A stretch of DNA of 64,000 nucleotides from Monocercomonoides exilis PA203. Its lineage: Eukaryota; Protista; Preaxostyla. Below the pieces are notes generated by a model. That model saw only the letters and a list, made by a program, of their open reading frames with translations. It had not been told where the DNA came from and searched no databases. Positions 41,059-51,130 of this stretch are shown here, piece after piece; the first letter of the stretch is position 1, and every line of letters starts with the position of its first letter. The stretch lies in assembly GCA_001643675.2 (NCBI GenBank), contig LSRY02000011.1, positions 248,001 through 312,000 on the forward strand. The letters run 5' to 3'. The translations under genes and the position numbers were made by a program.

Positions 41059-44000
41059 TTACTTCCGTGGTGGGGGAGCTCTTTGGAAGGCAGCATCATC
41101 TGATTCAGAATCCTCTAAATCTAAGTCATCATCACTGCTCCAAAGACTGCTATCATCATCGTCGTCGAAGTCATCATCATCATCATCTTCTTCTTCTTCT
41201 TCTTCCTCTTCTTCCTCTTCTTCTTCGTCGTCATCTCCCGTTTCATCCGATTCTGAGGAATCGCTATCGCTTTCATCATCTTCATCATCATCATCTTTCC
41301 CTTTGCCCTTCTTCTTGCCCTTCCCTTTTTGCTTCTCATTTTTCTTCTTCTTTTTCTTTTTCTTCACATCAACTGCTGATCCAATGTTGTTCGATATGCC
41401 ATTTTCCTCCACTGCCAATCTTATGAAAATGAAGATAAGATCCAACAGAATAATCAGCAGCACTCCAGCAACCACAAACACCCGCAGTGTCTGTGCTTGA
41501 AACAGCAAGAAAATAAACAGCGTTGATGCGCGGTATACCCACGTGAGCACATCAGTGATAATAAACACCACACGAGGCAGATGGCGGAAGAACCGGAAGT
41601 AGTGTGTCTGCCCACGCGCAGACGAAAATAGAACGTCTGTGTAGAATGCTGCCCCTAAAGGTGCCATTGTGAGTGCGTTCAACACACACTTCAGATAGTC
41701 TGATCCGTGCGGCTTCTGCAGCACCAGAAAATACGCAAACCAGAAGAAGAGAGAGCCAGCCACAAACATCACCATTGTCACAATGTTGATGGCTGCCATG
41801 AATGCCACGCGGAACAAGAAGACAGCCATCGAAACGAGGCTGTACACAAACACACGGATGTTCCAGAACATCGACGACTCCACTTTCTCCACGAGATCTT
41901 CGGTGCTGTAGAATAGACAGAAAGAAATGATGATGTTATCAAAATTTGTGTGCAAAAAAGTTTTTAAAAAAATAAGGTGTAAAAATAATAATAAAAAGAT
42001 AATGCAGACTCTTCTTCATTGACTTCGCTGATGAACCCAGACAGCGCCCAGCAGAGTCCAAAAACAGAGCCCAAGAATGAGATGATGACGATGAATGATT
42101 CTGTTGTCTGCTCCACAAGAAGAATGTATCCCTGCAGCACCACCTCAGGTATGGACTCGGTTATCGTCCGAAGTATCCCAAGCGTGTCAAATAGCTCCAT
42201 GTGAACAATATCTTCGTCTGTTTCTGGCTCTTCCAGCTTATCCCAATTTCCTTTCAAAGAAAAGAAAGGCAATAAAAGAATGTTGAAATAGCGAAGCATG
42301 AAGGAAAGAAGAGCAAATTTTATTTGTTCAATGGGAGTAGCAATTGGAGGATTCAAGTTTATTTATCAAAAAAAATTTTGTTAAAAATATCATAAAAGAA
42401 ACAAAATGAATTCGCAAAAATTTTCAAAAAATCAATTAGATAAGTACAAGGGCTATCTGAAACACACCTCTTGTCCGAAATAGAAGCTGCAGAGAGTCAG
42501 CAATCTGACCGAGCAGAACGAGATACAGAAATGATACCCAACGTCGTTTGTTCTTCTTCTTCGAGGAGGCAGCAAAATGGTATACGAAACAGACAACCAA
42601 AGAGAGCATGATGAAGATTGCCATCAGAAGTGCCCACAGAGGCTGGTCATCGTCGATGTACTCTTTCACTGACAGAAGATCCTATCAGTGGATGATGTGA
42701 GGTGTTAGACAACAGAGAAGAAAATAGTTAAAGAATGAGGAATATGCAAAATAAAATTAGATGAATAGTCAAATTAAAAAGAAAAGGTTAAAAAGAAGAT
42801 AATGATTCTCAAATTTTTAACCTTTTCGATTAAACACAAATTTATTTTTTAAAAAAGAAAGCATTCAATAAATATCCACAATTCATAACAAATACAGATA
42901 ATTTTTCCACAAAAACATACAAAAACGTTATCCACCAGTTCCATTCCGAGCTGAAAGAGAAGAAAAGCAGCCCCTGTCAGACAAAAGCCGTGCCGCACAG
43001 TAAACTTAAGCGGCGACAGCATCCCGACTGATTCGTGCTTCAAAGGGATGATGTTGCGCTGTGAATATCCGTTCTTTCCAATTTGAGATTCCCAAGCGCA
43101 TGTGACAAACGCCTCAATTGAGTTGATTGAAGTGTCTGCAAAATGCATTTAATTTGAATGAAGGTGTTTTAAAAAAAGATGTCAAAACGCAGTGAACGTG
43201 AAATAAAATAATCATATCAGCAATAGAATTCACAGGCACGCACATAAAATAGCATAAAAATTAGTGAAATTTAACCCATCAAAAATAAACAAAAGGAAAT
43301 ATTGAGCAGCATGCCTTTGCAATGGAGTGTCTGAAGTGTCGTATTTGAAAGGAGGCACTGACAAAACGTCTCAGCAGCATTTTTTGAAATGTTGTTGTCA
43401 GACACGTCCAACTCGTTAAGCTTTCGGTTCGTCTTCAAAGAAGCTCCAAGTGCCATGAATGTCAAATCATCAATGTAAGTTCCTGGAATTGATTAAGTGT
43501 GAAATAAAATGCACAGAAATTGATATATTCGTTATTACAAAAATTATAAAAAATGTTAATTTACACATATTTGAAAATGAAGCAATTTGGTTCTTAAAAC
43601 CCCAAATTTTAGCAATCAAAAAAAGTATATGCAATAAAAAAAGTTTTTTCAGAATTTATTCAAAAATAACAAAAAATAAAATAAAATGTTTCGCAAATTC
43701 CTAACCTGCTAAGTTGAGTTTAATGATTTCAGAGTATGGCAGTTGGTTGAATAGTGGATTAAGACCAGTGTATCCCAGAACATTACGGGAAACATCCAAA
43801 TGAGCCAAAGAGGTCGAGAATCTCAGCACTCGAACAAGACAAGCAAAGCCTGTTGGCGTCACTTTGACGTTCGATAAAAACAATTCACGTAAAGCAGATT
43901 GTGGTAGAACTTGCGAAAGAGCAAGAACTCCGTAATTTCCAAGGGGATTATTCGATAAATTTAGTGATGAAAGAATCACTCTACGATCAACAAGAAGTCT

Positions 44001-44677
44001 CGAAAGAATCTAAAAATATTTTTAAAATTATAAATAAAGAAATAAAAATTATTGTTTGAGTTCAATGTCTATTTCAAACTTTACAACCAGGAGTCGAATC
44101 GTACTGTACTTTCGGCTTATGAGTTGTAAAAATTCCAAGATTATTTGAACTTAAATCGAGTGATCTGAGTTGCCTGTGCCCTGATTTAAGAATAAGTACA
44201 ATGAGTGCAACGATAGTTTCGTCGTCCATTCTTTTTCAATTTTTCAAAGTTAGTATTAGAAAAAAATTAAAAAAGATGAGCAAACTCGCATTCTGGCATT
44301 TGAAGAACTTGAAGGTTGCAAGATGGAGAAAATATAGGACCCATCTCTTGTACTGAGTCAAGTCCAACTGAAACTTTACTGATATGAAGTTGAGCAGTTG
44401 TACGACTTGCTCCAAAAGCATGACATAATTGTTGCATGATTTTGGGGTTCATTGGCAATTTAAGTCCAGTTGCATCCAAGGAATATCTCACTGAAATAAT
44501 ATCCTTGCTTGTTGTTAAAGTGTGTTCCAGCAAATCTAATGCCGATGGATGCAAAATGGCTTTATATTAATAAAGTCGTTTCATGGAAAATTTATAAATA
44601 TTTCAAATGTAAGTTTCCAATTACAAATACAAATAAAAAATCCAAAACAAACTTAATGTTCCTTTGTTTGAAATCAT
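41059..44677 (-). CDS. Fusion of RI-type leucine-rich repeats and an XK-related (Xkr scramblase family) membrane domain; about 9 exons
   Basis: LRRs: LRSLDLSSNNLG, LSSLNLSNNPLGNYGV, LAHLDVSRNVLG, LNELDVSDNNIS. XK-like motifs: ELVDNVF|DLLSVKEY, TESIPEVVLQGYILL, SFLGSVFGLCWAL. Splice phases are compatible across the LRR/TM junction; the tail is basic then acidic. Confidence 0.75.
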
Positions 44678-44808
44678 CAGATAGAACGAAAAAAGATTTA
44701 ATAAAGATAGATCTCATGCATACTTAATTAATTTATATTTATTTTTTAAAAAAAGAAATTTAATTTTTACTCAATCGGTAAATAAATGAATGAAGTGAAG
44801 AGAGATAG

Positions 44809-46133
44809 TTAGTTTTTTTTCTTTGAATCAATTTTAATTCCTCGGCTAGACTCTTGCGAAGAGAGTTGACTTGAATGATGAGGAATCAGAGAAGTTACAA
44901 AATCTGAACTGGAACTAGAAGAACTGGAAGGTGGGATAGAAGAAGAGGATGCGCTTGAAGGTGTGCGTGAATGATGATGATTCAATCCAGGTGAAGATAT
45001 TGGAGAAGGAGTCAAACGTTCAGTAATGCCGCTGCCTCCATAAAGAAATTGAGATGTCCATTCTATTGCATAGTTGACTTTCTTTCCTCCGTGTGATTTA
45101 ACGAATGTGATTGTCGTTGCAAAAGTATTTCCGATGGACAAGAAGATAAAAATTGCGCCAATGAAAATCAAATTCCATTCCTTATATGCTTGTCTGGTAA
45201 TGTATAGCATGCACATCTTGAATCCTAAATAGAACTGCAAAAAATATCCAAAAAGAAGAAATGGTAGTAAAAGTGTCATGTTTATTGACCAATGAAGAGG
45301 AGTTGAATCCCTGTTTGGCACATCCATCTCACTCACTTTTCCCAATGAAACCAATGTATACAAGCGTGACATCTGATATTTTGCTTGCAAAAATTGTACG
45401 ACACCTGTATAGACACCAACTGCATACAGCGATTGTCTCATCTCCTGATATTGTGGAGAATCAAACCATGCAACTAGCCCGCAACAGAAGAAGAGACAGC
45501 ACATATGATGAATTTTCCACCATCCTCTGATGTGAGATCCATTCACTCGCAAAATGCGCTCTCTCAGCGATACTGCCAAATAAAAAGTGACATTCCATCC
45601 AAACCATAAAATGTCGAGTAAATGATAATTGAAAAGAAAGCCCAATACAAAATTAAAAAAAATAAAAATGTATGAATAATTCTGTCTGAATACGTTGTAT
45701 TCCTTTTTTATCCAAAAAAATTATTATGCAAATTATTATCAAATTAAACAAATAAAACCATTTTGTAGTTTAAACGTTCAGAAGGCTTAAGCATTCTAAC
45801 GTTTGCTGTCCCAATAAAATACGCCAAAAATCCTTTGCTTTCGCAGGGGAACAGAGATCTCCACGAATTTGACACGGTTTTCAATTCAGAGATTGCATTT
45901 AATTTTTCTGCTTTTTCACTTTCAAGCATATCCGAGTTTTTGATAAGTTTTTTCGTTGCTTCCAGTTGTTTTCGGTGCTTTTGACATTTCTGATCAATAG
46001 ATTCTTGCAATTGATGGTATTCTTTAAGAACTTGTCTGTAATGAACAAGTTCTTTCTCGCATTCTTCTTGTTCTTCCAGTAAAGCTTTGTAATGCATCTC
46101 CACAAAATCCTTAGATGGTTTAACTCCGCTCAT
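44809..46133 (-). CDS. TMEM120: TMEM120/TMPIT (TACAN) family membrane protein (2 exons)
   Basis: N-terminal coiled coil and motifs LRERILRVNGSHIRGWWKIHH, VQFLQAKYQ.SRLYTL.SLGK...MDV and LLPFLLFGYFLQFY. Confidence 0.92.
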
Positions 46134-46289
46134 GCTTCAGGTTTTAATAAATACAACTTGTTAAACAAATAAAAAGCAATTATTTATTTATAAAATATTT
46201 TATAACTATGGGAAATGGAAAATAGAATCAAGTGATGGAAAAAATAAATTTATTTTAAGTAATTCATCAAATTTTTCGTTTAACAAGAA

Positions 46290-46363
46290 GCCCGCTTAGC
46301 TCAGTACGGTAGAGCGTTAGACTCTTAATCTAACGGTCGAGGGTTCGACCCCCTCAGCGGGCG
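46290..46363 (+). tRNA. tRNA-Lys (anticodon CTT), intronless
   Basis: Acceptor stem GCCCGCT/AGCGGGC, D-arm GCTC..GAGC, anticodon stem TTAGA/TCTAA with loop CT-CTT-AA (46324-46326), T-loop GGTTCGA and T-runs downstream. Confidence 0.97.
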
Positions 46364-47031
46364 ATTAATTTTGAAATTTTTGAATGTTTTAACCATAATT
46401 ATTTTTTTTCGAAAGTTTGTTTTGGGCAAAATTCTTGCATTTTGAAAAAAACAACGAATTGTTCCATTCTTTTTCCACAACCTTATCATAATAAGTCTTT
46501 CATTCCCGTGTCAAAAAAAGAAGATAATTTTGAAAAATGATTAAAATATTTAAAGTGAAGAATGGAACAAAATTCATAAAACAAATAAGTTCGTCCCAAT
46601 TTTTATCCATGAAAAATTTTTGTCAATTAATTTTCTTTTGTGTTTTTTGCGTTTTCACCATGTTTTTTATTGAAATTATTTTTTCAAATTTTGAAATTCA
46701 AAATTTTGTTCTGTAGCAATTTTTTGTATCTCATTTTGTTTATTGGTTTTGTATTTGTGTTTTAGAATTTTTTTATAACTGAAATGCATAAGTGAAGCAT
46801 TCAGAAAAATGATCTTTGTTGAAATTAAAGGTGAAGAAAATTTTTTATTTATTTTTCTTTTTTATTTATTTATTTATTTTTATATTATTATTTGTGCAAA
46901 ACACAAAATAACAGTTTTACTCATTCCTTCATAAAACTCACACAGATTTCAAAACTAATTGAATTTTTAGATCTGCAAACAGGCACCATTGAAGAAATAT
47001 TAAAATGTTTTGTGACCTCACAAAATTTTGG

Positions 47032-47518
47032 GTGATTATTTTTGAAATCATAACTTTTTTCGGAAACCTTTTTTTTCAAAGGTTGTTAGTCTTTGGAAAG
47101 AAATTTTGAATTTAAATACAAAATACTTTCCAATAGTTTCACAAACAAATGTTTTTGTTGAAATAAAGATGAAGACATCTTTAATAAGCCATTTCATTTT
47201 TCAGTGTTCATTTGTTAATTCTCAATGAAATTTTTCTTTCCGAAAATTTTGTTTGAAAAAATATGACTACAAAAATAATTACCCATATTTTGTCATTATA
47301 AAATTTCGGTTCTAAATTTTAACTTGAATTCAAACAAAAGAACACTGAAAAGAAAAAACACTTATAAAAGAAATCTTCATCTTTGTATTAACTTAAGAAC
47401 TTTAATCTTTAAACAGTTATAATAGCTTTTGCATTTGAATTCAAAATATCTTCCCAATGAGAAACTATCTTTGAAAAAACAATACACCGAAAAAAGTTAT
47501 GATTTCAAAAATAATCAC
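47032..47518. repeat. Foldback of about 490 bp: perfect 32-bp outer inverted repeats and degenerate inner arms
   Basis: GTGATTATTTTTGAAATCATAACTTTTTTCGG (47032-47063) is the exact reverse complement of 47487-47518. Inner blocks pair on the same axis down to an 18-nt loop (47266-47283). Confidence 0.92.
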
Positions 47519-48307
47519 ACGTTGTGAAAAATGAACTCATTTTATTTAAGTTTTTTGAAACAAAAAAGTCAATAAATAGTGCAAGATTTTTCTTTTGAAA
47601 AGCTTGAAGTTTCATATTTTTCTTCATTTGGGTGATTTTTAAAAGAAATTATTACTTTTTTCGGGATGCTGATTATTTTGATAATTCATTGAAAAGAGAA
47701 TCAATTAATCTTTGAAATGGAAAAATCATTTCAATTATGTCAAAAGCCAATATTAGATGAAAATGGAATACAAAGATGATCTTTGTAGGATTTATCAATT
47801 TTCTGTGTAAATTTATCAATATTAAAAACGATATTATCACATCGAATTTTTTGTTAAAAAAATATGATTTCAAAAATAATCATCCATTTGGAAGATAATT
47901 ATTGATCAGGTTTCCCTTTTTTGTTAATTCTGTTATGAAATTTTTTGAGTTTCATGAAACTGTCAATTTCATAATTTCTTTTTGCAACAAAAGCAAAAAA
48001 ACTCACCTTTGTGAAAGTTCGAACAAAAAAAAAAAATTAAAAATACAAAAAGAAACTTGATGAATAATAATTTTTGACACTTTGAATTATTATGTATTTG
48101 ATAACAATTGTTCAAAAAAGTGATATATCATAAATTCGATAAACTTACGTATCCAAAATTATTGGAACAGTGTGATTATTTATGAAATCTTTCATTTTTT
48201 GAGGGAATAAATTAAATTCTAGTTTTTGGTAATTATTATAAGAAAAAACTCAGACTCGTTTTTTCTTTTCAAATTGTTGTCCATAAAACATGTTCTGTTT
48301 GTGTAAA

Positions 48308-48565
48308 AAAAAATACCGGACAAGATCAATATCTCAATAACCGCAAGAAGAAAAATTCTGTTAAATTTCCTCAAAATATACCCCATCAATACAAACTCGT
48401 TTGATATACAAAACTTTCAAAATAGCTTCATTTTTGCTCAGAAAAAATAATTTTGAAAGTTTTGAATATCAAATGAGTTTGTATTGATGGGGTATATTTT
48501 GAGGAAATTTAACAGAATTTTTCTTCTTGCGGTTATTGAGATATTGATCTTGTACGGTATTTTTT
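48308..48565. repeat. Near-perfect long inverted repeat (116-bp arms, 26-nt spacer)
   Basis: 48308-48423 is the reverse complement of 48450-48565, with three mismatches found. Confidence 0.96.
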
Positions 48566-49250
48566 GTTCAAACTGTATTGTCACAGAAAGACTGAGAAAG
48601 TGCATTTATGCTTTTCACAAAATCATAAGATTAATTTCAAAGCACTTAGGACAAAAATTTTTTTGAATAAAATTTGTCAGAAAGAATATGAAATAAAAAG
48701 AATTTCCCATTTTATTGTGCATCAAAAATGTCAATCAAAAATTGCACAAGGAAGTGATCCATACTCAAAAATGTTAAGGAGGACAAATTTTGTTGAACTT
48801 TTTTTAAGAGTTGTTTCATTTCATTATCAACTAGATTCACATTTCAAATTGAGTATTTGCAACTTAAAATTTCTGTTATTTTATCGGTGATAACATGCAC
48901 GTATACAGAAAAATACCCCCTTTATCATTTGAAAAACACAGAAAAATATTTTAATATCTCATTTGAAGTGAATCGCTTAATAGAAGTTACCAAAATGGGA
49001 AACAAAAAATAAACAATAAATAAATATAAACCAAATTCAAATCACAAATACAAAGTTGAGACATATTCATATATCTCTTTTCGCTTAATATATTTTAAAA
49101 ATGAAAATACATAAAAATTTTAAAATCAGAAATAAACAAACAAAAAAAAAAAAAAATCATGAACCAACGTAAAAGTCAAAAAAAAAAATATGAAAAATGG
49201 TCAAACGCAAAATTTCAAAAATAAAATGTAACAATTTTAATGAATGTAAT

Positions 49251-50780
49251 TTAAAATGAACTAAGTAATCGGCAACTGTCAAAATCAAATTTTTTAAGAG
49301 CAAAACTGTGGCAAAAATTCTCTCTAAAACGTTCAATGGTTGTCATCAGAACAAAATTGATCTGTATGCAAGAGTTTGAATCAATACTTTGTTGATCAAT
49401 GGATGATACAGAAAAAGAGTAAGTGGAAGAAGCAGTTGCAGAAGAAGAAGGAGAAGATGAAAGAATAGGAAGCTGAATTGAAATATCTTTTTGAAGAGAT
49501 TCAATCGAAGAATTAGTGTTTGAATGATCTGATGCAAGCGGAAGATCAGCAGAAGTTGCTGGCTCTTCTGATTCTGCCCATATTCTCAATTTCTCGAACC
49601 ATTTGCTTTTAATTCTTGTGTCTTTCACCGAACCATTTTTTGGCTTAATCCCTTGCCGCTGATCAAGATCCCCTGTCACAGAAATCTCGAAATCGATAGG
49701 CTGAAGCATTGAAGTATCGTCCATTGAAGCAAGCCACGAAACTTTTTGAATTTGAGAACTGCGTATATTCATCACATAACATCTTCGTTCCCCTTCAACA
49801 AAAGTCTGATTTTCTGCTTGTTCCAGAGGATCTTTTGAAATGCCCACAATTTCACTTAAGAGGATTTTCTTTCCACTTGCATGGCAGCTTACAACTGAAT
49901 TGTAGATTATAAGGGTCAGTGGATCACCATGCAAAGAATGTTTGTTTGGAAAAGATAGAAATGCCTCTAGTAATTTGACACGTGCACGTGAATTAAATGT
50001 AATGCGGTTGACAGCACATTTACATGAATAAGTCTTTTTTGAACTTTTCTTTGGTAAATCCAAATTTCTCTTTCTCTGAATATGAAAATCGAACATTCCA
50101 TCTCTGATCATTGCATCTGTTGCAACTTCATGAATAATCCTTGAACTGAATGATTCTTGTAGAGATTCTTCATTTAGCTTTGGCTTTGGTTTGCAATGTA
50201 ATGCTCCGAGGTTTGCTGTCTCAACTTTTCCCATTGGCTGAAAAGAATAATCCGCTGAATGCTCTTCTTGAACAGAACTATTACAACTTTCACCATCATA
50301 TAAAAGTGAAGCCGAACCAATTGTTGAATGATCAACAGATGTTTCATTCTGTCTTTTTGAAAAAGAATAAAGCGAAGGGCATGGAGAAGCATACTGGGGA
50401 GTTATAAACATGTCTTGTTGAGCTGTAGGCGTGATATCAACTGTATTTGTTTTATCTGCAAATATGTCTGAATGGTGCTCCTTTCGATCAACTTTAACTA
50501 CTGAAACATGATTGTTAAAATCAAATCCAATTGAAGTTGATTCTTCAAGAATATCTTTAAATGTTTCGCTATCCAACTCTTGATTTAAAACATAATCATG
50601 TTTATTTGTAACAAATTCTTCATTTAATTCAGAAAGAGGGGCAGCTTGACAAATATTAGAATTCTTATTATTACATTGATCTTGTGACAATAGTCCTTTT
50701 ATTTCACTATGTTGATGCTTTTCATTAAATACATCTGTTGACTCTAATGATTTTTCCTCTGAAAAATTACTAGTTGCCAT
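49251..50780 (-). CDS. Hypothetical protein (509 aa, apparently intronless)
   Basis: Long ATG-initiated ORF in AT-rich surroundings, with a disordered N-half and a possibly folded central region; no family recognised. Confidence 0.75.
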   Translation of the reverse strand: MATSNFSEEKSLESTDVFNEKHQHSEIKGLLSQDQCNNKNSNICQAAPLSELNEEFVTNKHDYVLNQELDSETFKDILEESTSIGFDFNNHVSVVKVDRKEHHSDIFADKTNTVDITPTAQQDMFITPQYASPCPSLYSFSKRQNETSVDHSTIGSASLLYDGESCNSSVQEEHSADYSFQPMGKVETANLGALHCKPKPKLNEESLQESFSSRIIHEVATDAMIRDGMFDFHIQRKRNLDLPKKSSKKTYSCKCAVNRITFNSRARVKLLEAFLSFPNKHSLHGDPLTLIIYNSVVSCHASGKKILLSEIVGISKDPLEQAENQTFVEGERRCYVMNIRSSQIQKVSWLASMDDTSMLQPIDFEISVTGDLDQRQGIKPKNGSVKDTRIKSKWFEKLRIWAESEEPATSADLPLASDHSNTNSSIESLQKDISIQLPILSSSPSSSATASSTYSFSVSSIDQQSIDSNSCIQINFVLMTTIERFRENFCHSFALKKFDFDSCRLLSSF

Positions 50781-51130
50781 TACTTAGTCCATATAAAAAA
50801 ATTAATTTTTGATCTGTGCGTATAAAAAATTATTTGTCGTTTTTCACGAAACATCGACTTTCGACAAAAAAATTTATTATTTCACAATTTCAATCAATAA
50901 TTTTATTTAAATATAACAAAAATACTTTTGAATTCAAGATAAACTCTTTCAATCTTCCTTAAAGAAACAAAAAATTTGCCAATCTTCACAAAAAAACTCA
51001 ATGTTCGATAAACTTAAAAAACGAAAAGCAAAAAACTTTTTATATATCAACTATTACATGCAAAAATAGATAAAAAAAATATTTTTTTATAAAAAAAGAA
51101 ATTTCTACAAAAGTGGAATAAAACATTCAA

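Noticed and set aside
48484-48890. ORFs of 60 and 108 aa overlapping the 48.3-kb hairpin
   Set aside because: Composition resembles AT-rich non-coding DNA, and there is no motif support.
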